Source: Octopus sinensis
Taxonomy: Eukaryota
Assembly (NCBI RefSeq): GCF_006345805.1
Contig: NC_043017.1
Span: 26,908,001 to 26,972,000 of the forward strand
DNA length: 64,000 bases
Reading direction: 5' to 3'
In this document: positions 39,605-51,158 of the stretch, piece after piece
How positions within the stretch are numbered: position 1 is the first letter of the stretch
Layout of the letters: every line of letters starts with the position of its first letter
Notes under the pieces: generated by a model
Database searches by the model: none
The model's input: the letters and a program-made list of their open reading frames with translations, nothing else
Told to the model about the DNA's origin: nothing
Program-made: the position numbers and the translations under genes

Positions 39605-40730
39605 TTTCATCGACACCAGTGTTTCACTGGTACTTGATTTATCGTCCTCGAAAGAAAATAATAACATTATTAGCAACGGGATATTTAGGAAATGCTGGAA
39701 TAATATCTTTATACAATATGTTGTTAAACAAAGAGCTTAAGAATTCAGTTACGATGGTAAACAATATATCCCATAAATAATGCAGATTTTCAAATACATA
39801 AATTAAAAGTCGGAGTGGACGGGATAAACTGACTGCATCATCTTGCTATAAAAGCAGGCATTAATTTTACCTTGTATTTATTCTTAGTGCAAGTTTTGAA
39901 GAGTGCTGTTTGATTTTAAGAGTTATTTTTCAAAGCTATAATCAAAGTGACAAAGGAGTCAATTCGACGTAATTTGCTTTACGAACGGCACTTTTAAACA
40001 TGGCACTTAGAATAAGGACGACGTAAAATCACTACCCGCATTATTCGTCACGTTATATGAAATGTAGGAGAAATACAATATTTTGTTAAACAGCTTAAGA
40101 ATTCAGTTATGATGGTAAACAATAAATTGGATCATGCCATAGATAATGCAGTTTTTTCAATTGCACAAACTAAATGTCAGAGGGGGACGGGATAAACTAC
40201 CTTCATATTCTATCTGTAAAAGCGGGTAGTAATTTTTACCTCGGCCTTATTCTTAGTGCAATGGTTAAGAGTGCCGTTCGAAAAGCAAATTATGCCGAAT
40301 TCACTCCTTTGTCACTTTGATTATAGCTTTGAAAAAATAACTGCTATAATTGAATTGCACTCTGCAAAACTTGCACTAAGAATAAGTACAAGGTAAAATT
40401 ACTAGCTGATTTTATAGCAAAGGGATTAAGGGAGTTTATCCCGTCCCTTCCGACTTTTAATTTATGTATTTGAAAATCTGCATTATTTATGGGATATATT
40501 GTTTACCATCGTAAGTGAATTCTTAAGTTCTTTGTTTAACAAAATCTCGTATTTTTTCCTGTATTTCCTAACTATAACATGGCTAATAATGTTATAATAT
40601 TGTTAATGACGAAATGCTTAGCGTTATTTCGTACGTCGCTACGTTCCGATTTCTAATTCCGCCGAGGTCGAATTTGCCGTTCGTTCTTTCGAGGACGATA
40701 AATCAAGAACCAGTGAAACATTGAGATCAG
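39605..40730. repeat. long imperfect inverted repeat (fold-back) with an internal third copy
   Basis: 39661-40000 is the reverse complement of 40265-40595; 39617-39656 is the reverse complement of 40684-40723; 40060-40262 is a diverged direct copy of the left arm. Confidence 0.9.
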
Positions 40731-40742
40731 CGTAATCAACTA
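40605..40742 (+). mobile_element. SINE family A fragment
   Basis: GAAATGCTTAGCG...TTCCGCCGAGGTCGAATTTGCC. Confidence 0.75.
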
Positions 40743-40759
40743 GTTCATCCTCACCTAAT

Positions 40760-40767
40760 TATTATTA

Positions 40768-40834
<67 letters not shown>

Positions 40835-41210
40835 TTTGTTATTATTATAATTTTATTATTATTATTATTATTATTATTGTGGAGGCGCAATGGCCAGTGG
40901 TTAGGGCAGCGGACTCGCAGTCAGAGGATCACGGTTTCGATTCCCAGACCAGGCGTTGTGTGTGTTTATTGAGCGAAAACACCTAAATAGCTCCACGAGG
41001 CTCCGGCAGGAGGTGGTGATCCCTGATGTACTCTTTCACCACTCTTTCTCCCACTCTTTCTTCTGTTGGCCTGCTCGCTTAGCCAGCGGGGTGGCGTCGT
41101 TCGAAGGCTAAAACGATGCGAACGCATTGTGACCAGCGGTGTGTAGCAACATCTCATGGTCTGGTCGGTCACATGATCAGATGATCACGTGATTATTATT
41201 ATTATTATTA

Positions 41211-41258
<48 letters not shown>

Positions 41259-41285
41259 TATTATTATTATTATTATTATTATTCA
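40760..41285. repeat. (ATT)n array interrupted by a SINE-C
   Basis: (ATT)n at 40760-40878 and 41192-41283. Confidence 0.95.
40881..41192 (+). mobile_element. SINE family C, tail type 2, full length
   Basis: GGAGGCGCAATGGCCAGTGGTTAGGGCAGCGGACTC head, B-box-like GGTTTCGATTCC, and tail ending GGTCACATGATC. Confidence 0.92.
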
Positions 41286-41530
41286 TGAGGGTACATCGCC
41301 GAGTGGTCAGGGGAGCTGACGTCACGATAGTGAGATAACGAGTTCAATCCTTAAACGAGGCGGTGCATCGGGTCCTTGTGGAAAAACTACATTATCTCAC
41401 GTTGCTCTGCGACCCCTTCGACAGCTGGCTCGCTCATGGTATACTGAGTACCTCTTCAGTCAACGTCGATCTGACGGAGGGAGCGATCTAATGTACAGCA
41501 CGTATATTTAAACACTATAAACAAATCATT
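41286..41530 (+). mobile_element. older tRNA-headed SINE (separate family)
   Basis: A-box-like CGCCGAGTGGTCAG, B-box-like GAGTTCAATCC, then GTCCTTG...ATTATCTCACGTTGCTC. Confidence 0.45.
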
Positions 41531-41714
41531 TTGACATGTCGTTCGGCAAAATCTGAGCACACATAGATCGGCTCCGACAGGAGAGACCGTCGATATTGTT
41601 GCATGAATATTAATTTCCATATTAATGAAAAACCAAAAAAAGGGATTGTTATCAGTACGGAAGTATCATACATCTAGTTTTCTCTCTTTTCTTTATTTAG
41701 CCATAGCAATACTA

Positions 41715-41743
41715 ATATTATTATTATTGTTATTATTATTAGT

Positions 41744-41786
<43 letters not shown>

Positions 41787-41793
41787 TCAATAC

Positions 41794-41835
<42 letters not shown>

Positions 41836-41905
41836 TGATGATGATGATGATGATAATAATAATAATGATAATATAATAATAATAATAATAATATTAATAA
41901 TAATA

Positions 41906-41950
<45 letters not shown>

Positions 41951-42198
41951 TGATGATAATAATAATAATAATAATGATGATAATAATGATAATAATGATG
42001 ATGATAATAATGATAATAATAATAATAATGATAATAATAATGAAAATGATAATAATAATGAAAATGAAAATAATAATAATAATAGTAATAATATTAATAA
42101 TAATAATAATAATAATAATAATGATAATAATAACAACAATAATAATAATAATAATGATAATGATAATAATAATGATAATAATAATAATAATAATAATG

Positions 42199-42258
<60 letters not shown>

Positions 42259-42310
42259 TTAATAATAATAATAATAATAATAAATAATAATGATAATAAT
42301 AATGATATTA
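41715..42310. repeat. ~600-bp degenerate (AAT)n/(GAT)n
   Basis: Read directly; source of the poly-Ile/Leu ORFs. Confidence 0.95.
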
Positions 42311-42894
42311 TTTACACACGGTGGTCGTGCGATTTTTTTGGAAGGGCAATCTATTTTATAAAAGGCTTTAGATTGATTTGAATACATACGATGGAGAGGA
42401 ATGAAGCAATATTTGATGTTCTGATGAATAGAAAACGAAGCAACAGTTCAAATACTGATCCCACAATATTTCCATCGACTAATGCGATAAAGAATGCAGA
42501 AGTTGAAATCCAAAAGATGGGAAGTACTTAAAATTTCCTGCATGCTTTCGTAGAATTCAACAGCATATTTCTAGGAAGCAAATATTTCAGGTGATTGAAA
42601 TCTCCCTTTGATCGAAACGGAATAATGTTTTCCTGTAATAAATCACTTTGATTTGGCATTTATGCGTGATTAAACCGTTGTGATTCATGCCTGTTTATAC
42701 CGGTTCGTTTTTTTGTTTTTGTCTTTGATTTTCCCTCATACAACGGTACCTTAATACATACACACAATTACATATAGTTATAATGATAGCGTATACATGG
42801 ATATACAAATGACGGATAAAATAATGTAAACACCAATGATATTTCGGTATAGTTTTTTTATTACCTATATGACAATTTCAGATCAGTACTCACC

Positions 42895-42923
42895 TATCTA
42901 TCTATCAATCTGTCTATCTATCA

Positions 42924-43004
<81 letters not shown>

Positions 43005-43147
43005 CCTATCTATCTATCTATCTATCCATCCATCCATCTATATATCAATCTATGTATCTGTCTGTCTATCTATCTATGTATCTATCTAGCTATCCATTCA
43101 TACATATATCTATCAATCGATATATCTATCTGTCTATCCATCCATCC

Positions 43148-43178
<31 letters not shown>

Positions 43179-43179
43179 A

Positions 43180-43219
<40 letters not shown>
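42895..43219. repeat. compound (TATC)n, 5' flank of the LINE
   Basis: Read directly from the sequence. Confidence 0.95.
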
Positions 43220-46200
43220 CGGGCCTCTCTCGCGGCTCCAACACCTTCGTTCCTTAGAGCACGCATCCTAGCTCTGACAGCACATCCTTCGTGTTTGGCG
43301 TTGAAGTGTTGGTCGAGGGCCAACCTCGCCGCCAAAACGTCGGATGCGATGCCGCTTCTAATTGCCTCTTCTAGCTTCTTAACTAGCTCACCCTCTACTC
43401 TATTTCTATCTATGGCTAGTGCTTTGCTGTACCTAATCGCTTCTGCTTTTACTGCTCTCTTGAGGGCAAACCACCATTTGTTGTTGATGATGGCTCCCGT
43501 CAACAACAAATGGTGGTTTGCCCTCAAGAGAGCAGTAAAAGCAGAAGCGATTAGTACAGCAAAGCACTAGCCATAGATAGAAATAGAGTAGAGGGTGAGC
43601 TAGTTAAGAAGCTAGAAGAGGCAATTAGAAGCGGCATCGCATCCGACGTTTTGGCGGCGAGGTTGGCCCTCGACCACACTTCAACGCCAACACGAAGGAT
43701 GTGCTGTCAGAGCTAGGATGCGTGCTCTAAGGAACGAAGTGTTGGAGCCGCGAGAGAGGCCCGGGTGGCAGAGGCGCAACAGGGCAACAAAGCCACCATT
43801 CGGTCACTGGTAGATGAACAGGGGCGCGAATTGCTCGAGCCAAGTAAAATGTGTGAGGCCTTTCAGCAGCAGCATTTTGCCGACTGTTCGGAACGAGTGG
43901 AGGGCAAGAACGTAGGGTGGACTTCAGTGCCTACCTACATAGCCTACCACGACTCTCGACAAGAAAGGCAGGGTGCTGCGAAGTGCCATCACGGCGGGCC
44001 GGAAGTGCGGGAAGCGATGGCAGAATGCTCGAGGGACAAATCACCGGGTTTGGATGGTCTACCCTACGAGCTTTACAATTGTATGCCAGACTTGTTTGGA
44101 GATCTCTTGGCGGCGGTGTACTGCAACTGGCAGCAAAACGGAGCATTCCTGGTTTGTGAGCCGAGGAGCCGTAACACTTGCTGAAGAAGATCTAAACAAT
44201 GGAAATGTAATAGATAACTTTAGGCCATCACTCTGCTTAATGCAGACTTGAAAATTTTGGCCAAGGTGCTAGCCAAGAGGTTGGGGCTTGTCATCGAGAA
44301 ACTGGTCGACAAGGCGCAAACATGCGCCGTGCCAGGCCGGACCATCCATGACACCTCCATCTGATGCGCTACATCATAGACAGGGTAGTTAACGAACCTG
44401 GCATGGGTGGGGCCCTGATCAACTTGGATCAATCAAAAGCCTTTGATAGGGTAGACCATCGATACTTGGAGGCAGTCCTGAGAGCGGCTGGTTTCGGTCC
44501 CGTCTTCCGCGGCTGGATAGCTGCCTTGTACAGAGGCATCCGTTCGGTAATTCGCGTAAATGGACATCTATCGAGACCTTTCGACATTGCACGTTCGGTC
44601 CGTCAGGGATGCCCCCTCTCGGCGCTTCTATACGTATTGACTCTGAGCCACTACTGCGGAAGCTGGCGACTCTAAGGGGCATCCCGCGAGAATTGGGATG
44701 CGGACGAGCGTGTCTGCATACGCGGACGACGTCACCGTCATAGTGTCTAGCCACGAGCACATCGAGCTGGTCGGCGAGACACTGAAAAACTACGAAGCGG
44801 TGACAGGAGCGAAAATCAACCGGGAAAAGTCAGTGGGCTTGCGACTAGGCACCTGGAGAAGCAAGCCCATGCCGTCCACCAGCGCCTCCGTCGTGGGACG
44901 CTGGACCGACGGCCCGGTTGAGTTGCTCGGGGTCTGGTTTGGTCCGGACCTCCAAGTGGAGAAGAACTGGAACGAGATAACGAGTAGGGTGGTCACTCTC
45001 GCCCGGCAATGGGCCGAGAGGAAACTGTCCCTAAAAGGTCGAGCGGAGGTGGCGAACACGTACATCGCGTCCGTCATCTACTACCGCCTGACCGTCGTAC
45101 CTTGTCCCGACCCTACCATCACCAAACTACAACGCATCCTCTTTCGCTTCTTGTGGAAAGGATGCGTCCCGATGGTCAGGCGATCCATTTGCTGTCAACA
45201 ACCCGTTAAAAGGAGGGCTGGGCATGCCGTGGTTGATGATGCGCAGACACGCGCTGAGACTGCGACATCTCTGGCTCTATGTAGACGACGGTGAACAGGT
45301 GTGGTCGCCGTTTGTGAGGCACGCTTTCCCGCAGCTCGTCTCCATGACCGAACTGCAGTCGTGGATCAAAAAGAGGCCGAGGAAGGGCGAATGGCACCGC
45401 GAGTGTCGCGTTGCTCTCAAGCAACTCTGCCGTCCTGGGTCGACCTTAAGTGACTTCAACACAACCAAAGCATTCTATAGGGGTTTAGTGGAGGGGAGGT
45501 ACGACGACGAGCTCGGGGCGAACCTGGACGTCGACGAGGAGTACCTGACCCGCCTGTTCGGGACGACTTTCGGGCCAGGCCCAGGGACAACTTCCAGAGA
45601 TCCCTGGCCTGGCAGTGCTACCGAGAAGCGCTACCCGTTCGGGATAAGCTCTACAGACACGGCTCGAGAAACACGGGGCCGACCTGCCCGAGATGCGGTC
45701 AGAGCGACGAAACCGTTCTGCACGCACTCGTTCAGTGTCCAACAATTTCCGACCTGTGGGCTTATGTCGAACAACTGCTGTCACGTGTGGGACGAGTCGG
45801 TTTATCAGCTGAGTCTATCGTCAATATTGTCACGCCTCCTTCCTTCAAACGGGAAGGAAGAGCTATTTTCATCATCCTTGTGGCTATGGCGAAAGAATGT
45901 ATCTGGTGGACGCGTCGAAAGGATTGGAGACAAACACTTTCCTCTCTGGTCAATCTCTCATCAACTTCTTCAAGTACCACTTGAAAAGGAAAGTGAGAGT
46001 AGAGAGGCAAGTTTTGTCTAGCGAATGTTTTAAAAAAGATGGGTGAATGTAGCAAGAATGGCACGTATGAATGACGAAGCCACCTTGAGCATAGTCCTAT
46101 GAACCCAGAAATCGAAAACAGAGAGTTGCTTATTTGCAAAAAAAAAAAAAAAAAAAAGAAATATAAAATGTGACTTCATTGACCGAGGTTACCGTGGTCT

Positions 46201-46496
46201 TTTCCGCAGGCTTTTCTTTCCACGGGTAAACCTCACCTGTCCTCCCCTTTACACTTCATATTGACATTTCTGTGATAACGATCCCTATTGATCATTTTTT
46301 TTTCCTCTCCCCCCCCCTTTTTTTTTTTTTAACCCCCCTTATTTTTGTCCTCTTTCTCTCCTTTTACGATCCCTTTTGATCGAACCTCCCCCTTCCTTTT
46401 TTTTTTTTTTTTTTTTTTTCAATACCTTCAAAAGAAAAGCTCTACCTTGTAATTTGTTCTATCTGTGTGCAGCCCTGTGTGGCTAATAAAGAAACA
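43220..46496 (+). mobile_element. 5'-truncated L1/Tx1-clade non-LTR retrotransposon with inverted 5' duplication
   Basis: RT-bearing ORF2 fragments, a pyrimidine-rich 3' UTR, AATAAA at 46485-46490, and an end at 46496 directly followed by TATC repeats. Confidence 0.92.
43500..46102 (+). pseudogene. LINE ORF2 (reverse transcriptase plus C-terminal CCHC finger), endonuclease missing, frameshifted
   Basis: KSPGLDGLPYE; FRPITLLNADLKILAK (frameshift-corrected); LDQSKAFDRVDH; RQGCPLSALLY; YADDVT; AKINREKS; CPRCGQSDETVLHALVQC (45685-45738, CX2CX8HX4C); TGA at 46100-46102. Confidence 0.92.
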
Positions 46497-46785
46497 TATC
46501 TATTTATCTATCTGTCTGTCTTTCTATATATCTATGTATCTATCTAGCTATCCATTTATACATCTATCTATCAATCCATGTATCTATCTGTCTATCCATA
46601 TATCTATCTATCCATCTATCTATCTGTCTATCTATCTACCTATCTATCTATCTATCCATCCATCCATCTATATATCAATCTATGTATCTGTCTGTCTATC
46701 TATCTATGTATCTATCTAGCTATCCATTCATACATATATCTATCAATCGATATATCTATCTGTCTATCCATCCATCCATCTATCG

Positions 46786-46874
<89 letters not shown>

Positions 46875-46875
46875 G
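46497..46875. repeat. compound (TATC)n, 3' flank of the LINE
   Basis: Read directly from the sequence. Confidence 0.95.
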
Positions 46876-47269
46876 TTAGCTATCTTTGAACCTATCTGTA
46901 TACGCTCACTTTCTCAGCTGAAACCAAGATGAGAGGATCAATACAATTCATATATATTTTTTGTGAAAAGTACTAACTTTTAAATTCTACTGTTAGTTCA
47001 GTTGAAGAATACAATTTTATTTTTACATGATGCAATTGTTTTGTCCATCAGTCAAGAACACGTACAGCTGTAGTGAACTTTAGCCTATCATTATTTTTGA
47101 ATACATCCATTCATCCTTCCATCCAGTTAACCAACCAGCCAGCAAGCAAGAAATATATCTATGTATCTTTATGTACATATATATGAACGGTGCACAGTAA
47201 AATTTACCTCATGAAATATCGCTCTGAGGTTTTGCCTTTTCTGCAGATATTTCATAAAAATAACGCAAA

Positions 47270-47572
47270 ATGTGCGATCTGTTTCTTAGACTATATATAT
47301 TTGGAGATTTAATCACTAGAAACGGTGACTTATTTAACGATTCGAGAGGCGCATTCTCTAAAATCATTTTGGCATTCCCAAACTATAATAAAACTAGTGC
47401 TAGCAATCGTAATTGCGGACTGAGATCAAAAATCCAAGAAAGAGACCGCAGAATATGGAAACGAACTTTGTCTAAAAGCCATCGATCTGCAGCACCAAAT
47501 CTAACCACAGTACTACATCATCACCTTGTGTCAAAGAGAGCCGTTCATCATGAAGTCTATAAACATGTATAA
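47270..47572 (+). pseudogene. old Tc1-like transposase N-terminal (HTH) relic
   Basis: FSKIILAF...KTSASNRNCGLRSKIQERDRRIWKRTLSKSHRSAAPNLT parallels the N-terminus of the element at 57.4 kb. Confidence 0.6.
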
Positions 47573-47859
47573 TATGAGAGGGCTGAAATTATGAAAAATC
47601 TTGTGTCCTCCGCCAATTATGATAAGTGGCAAAACAGGATCTGGAGATTTTCTTTTCGTGCTAAGTATTTTTTAGAAAGTTTTATATCATAAATTATACA
47701 GATCGTTCATATTCTATCCATGTTATCAAGTTGTTTGTCTACATATAGTTTTAGTAGAATTGATTTTTTTTGTCCTCTGACGGCGTGGATAGTATAATAA
47801 AAGCATTATCATACCTAGCTTTCGTTATATTAGCTCTGAATTTTGACACCAAGCCAGCA

Positions 47860-48005
47860 ATTTCGAAGGAGGGGTAAGTTGAATTCGTCGTCTCCAGCAT
47901 GCAATTGGTACTTCTTTTATCGATCTCGAATGTAGATAAGCATAGTCGACATTCTTGGAATTTGAATTCATAACGTAAGTACGGATGAAATTGCCGCTAT
48001 GTGTA
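47860..48005 (-). mobile_element. highly degraded SINE-A
   Basis: TTGGTACTT...TATCGATCTCGAA...GTCGACATTCTTGGAATTTGAATTCATAACGTAA. Confidence 0.45.
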
Positions 48006-48679
48006 TTGCCAAACCTGTTATCGATTGTAGCAAATCAGTGCCTTAGCTTTCTTTATATTACTGTATTGTAGATATCTTATGGACAAATATCAACTTCGAA
48101 CGAGCAAAGTTTTTCGTGGTGACTACTTCATTCTTCTAAGTACAAGGAAATCACTACCCTATTATCCCATATGTTCTTTCCTAAGACGGTGTTGCATGAT
48201 TTTAGGTAGATACTATTGCTTCGTTTTCTATGGTGAACAAATACGCAAATGCCTCCTTGTAGATGCATGCAAGTATTTTTAGATAATCATCACTGTACAA
48301 GCTTAAGTTTATCTTTTTTTCCCTATTTTGATAGATCATTTAATTTCTCGATGTTTGTTATGTTTGCTCACTGAAGGGTACTTCATGCAAATATCATAAC
48401 TTTCACTGTTGTTGTTCATATATAATCCATCAATCACTGAGCTACACTGAAGCAATACATTGCCCCTTCAGAACTGCAGGAACTACCTAAGAAGGTGAAG
48501 ATGGACACAGGAATTGGTCTTCGGCAAGAGTTTCAATGCCCATGTTAGTTCAGGGTCAGTGGGGGCAGTACGTACTGCTTATTAAAAATGTTTAGAGAGT
48601 ACGTTATTAACATTATTTACATTTCACGGATATTTGGTTGCTGTGAACATAACTCGCTCTTAAACCACGTTGTGTTAAC

Positions 48680-48765
48680 AACGTGGTTAAGAGCGCGGGT
48701 TACTAACCCCAACATTCCGATTTCGATTCCAGGCGGTGACCTGAATATTAATGATGATGATGATG

Positions 48766-48840
<75 letters not shown>

Positions 48841-49015
48841 TATGCTTACGTGTGTGCATTTCGGTTTGGCAAAATGAACCGATAAAATAGGTACCGAACT
48901 AAATGAAAAATCTTGGAGTATATTCCATCGGCGACACTTCCTGAAAGCCGTTCCCCTCAAGGTCACAGCAGTCGAATAACTACAAGAAACGAAAAATCTA
49001 AAAAGAAAATAGAAC
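48680..49015 (+). mobile_element. degraded SINE: tRNA-like head, internal (GAT)/(AAT)n, decayed tail
   Basis: TGGTTAAGAGCGCGGG...TTCGATTCCAGG head; the tail resembles the family B tail (CCCCTCAAGGTCACAGCAGTCGAATAACT). Confidence 0.4.
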
Positions 49016-49242
49016 TCTGAAAATAAACAATGGGATTAATTGTTGAAATAATCAGCACCCATTCTGCAAAGGCCGCCATTTCCTTTGTTGTCATTAGTTT
49101 CAGTTACACCACCAACCACAACAGGAGATAATATCGAAGTTTCGGACCAAAAAGCGCACGCGCCTATTTCTGTAGTGTCACTACGTGTCCGATCTACTTT
49201 TCACGATTCTTTGTGTGTATATGTATTTCTGTGTAACTACTC

Positions 49243-50048
49243 TTACCAACCACATGGTTCTGGGTTCAGTCCCACTGCGTGGCACCTTGGGCAAGTGTCT
49301 TCTACTATTGCCTCGGGCCGACCAAAGCCTTGTGGGTGGATTTGGTAGACGGAAACTGAAAGAAGCCTGTCGTATATTTGTATATATATATATATATATA
49401 GGCGCAGGAGTGGCTGTGTGGTAAGTAGCTTGCTAACCAACCACATGGTTCCGGGTTCAGTCCCACTGCGTGGCATCTAGGGCAAGTGTCTTCTGCTATA
49501 GCCCCGGGCCGACCAATGCCTTGTGAGTGGATTTGGTAGACGGAAACTGAAAGAAGCCTGTCGTATATATGTATATATATATGTATGTGTGTGTGTTTGT
49601 GTTTGTTCCCCTAGCATTGCTTGACCACCGATGCTGGTGTGTTTACGTCCCCGTCACTTAGCGGTTCGGCAAAACAGACCGATAGAATAAGTACTGGGCT
49701 TACAAAGAATAAGTCCCGGGGTCGATTTACTCGACTAAAGGTGGTGCTCCAGCATGGCCGCAGTCAAATGACTGAAACAAGTAAAAGACTAAAAGACATA
49801 TATATATATATATATATATATGCGTGTGTGTGTTTGTGTGTCAGTATTTGTCCCCCTAGCATTGCTTGACAACCGATGCTGGTGTGTTTATGTCCTCGTT
49901 ACTTAGCGGTTCGGCAAAAGGGACCGATAGAATAAGTACTGGGCTTACAAAAGAATAAGTCCAGGGGGTCGAGTTGCTCGATGAAAGGCGGTGCTCCAGC
50001 ATGGCCGCAGTCAAATGACTGAAACAAGTAAAAGAATAAAAGAAAAGA
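49243..50048 (+). mobile_element. SINE-B (outer copy: 5' half 49243-49375, 3' half 49830-50048) split by a second SINE-B
   Basis: Order of modules is head, (TA)n, [complete copy], (TA)/(TG)n, 3' half. Confidence 0.85.
49401..49797 (+). mobile_element. SINE-B, full length (inner copy)
   Basis: GGCGCAGGAG at 49401 through ...GAAACAAGTAAAAGACTAAAAGAC. Confidence 0.95.
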
Positions 50049-50240
50049 AACTAAGAACCCAATGACTGATACGCGGGTGATATTTTCTAAGGTATCTCAT
50101 CAAAATGTAATTTCAACAGTGCTGCCTTCATTACAGCTTTGGAACACAAGAAAAACCGAAAGAAATAATGAGAAAAAAATGTCTTTCTATCTCTACGATT
50201 TTTTTTTCTTCCTCTTCGTCTAGCTACGATTAACTTTACC

Positions 50241-50475
50241 TATTTCTTTACTACCCACAAGGGGCTAAACTCAGAGGGAACAAACAAGGACAGACAAAGG
50301 GATTAAGTCGATTACATCGACCCCAGTGCGTACCTGGTACTTATTTAATCGACCCCGAAAGGATGAAAGGCAAAGTCGACCTCGGCGGAATTTGAACTCA
50401 GAACGTAACGGCAGACGAAATACGGCTACGCATTTCGCCCGGCGTGCTAACGTTTCTGCCAGCTCGACGCCTTAA
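50241..50475 (-). mobile_element. SINE-A, full length, with 19-bp target-site duplication
   Basis: AGCTACGATTAACTTTACC at 50222-50240 and 50476-50494. Confidence 0.95.
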
Positions 50476-50932
50476 AGCTACGATTAACTTTACCACCTCG
50501 TAGTTATCCTTCTGTTCGCCATCGGCAGTATAAACGCATGCATCGATTGCAACATCAAATGTCACCGTCACCAACATGATTATTAACGTCGGTTGATCTC
50601 GTCGCGGTCGTTGTCGCAATCATCATCGTCGCCGGCCACGCCACAAACGTCGAGGTCGTCTTTGTCGCCGTCGTCATCATCATCGACATCATTCGTATTA
50701 TCATCATCATCATCAAATAATTTGACACGCTGCCCATCTATACATGCAGCACCTTTGACAACCCCCGAAAACGACCAAGAGCATTTTGGCCACAGCCACG
50801 GCCACAATTGTCATCACCTGGGATGGGTAGATTATCGTCATCGTCTTCGCTGTCGTCAACACCATCATTTTAGTCATCCTCTTCCCCATCCTCATCGTCC
50901 GCTTCCTCCTCCTCCTCATTATCATCATCATC

Positions 50933-51158
50933 TGTTTCTTTATTACCCACAAGGGGATAAACATAGAGGGGACAAACAAGGACAGACAAACGGATTAAGT
51001 CGATTACATACAACCCACATGCGTAACTGGTACTTAATTTATCGACCCCCCGAAAGGCAAAGTCGATCTCGGCAGAATTTGAACTCAGAACGTAACGGCA
51101 GACGAGATGCAGCTATGTATTTCACCCGGCGTGCTAACCTTTCAGCCAGCTCGCTGCC
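50933..51158 (-). mobile_element. SINE-A, full length, inside (ATC)n
   Basis: Family A reverse complement flanked by TCATCATCATC on both sides. Confidence 0.9.

Noticed and set aside
41625-42381. Poly-Ile/Leu 'membrane protein' ORFs
   Set aside because: Translation of the (AAT)n array.
42421-42440. CTGATGA...GAAA at 42421
   Set aside because: There is no stem II or cleavage-site geometry, so it is not a hammerhead.
42836-43570. 244-aa ORF, the longest in the 42-43 kb region
   Set aside because: It is a chimera of (TATC)n and the antisense reading of the inverted LINE arm.
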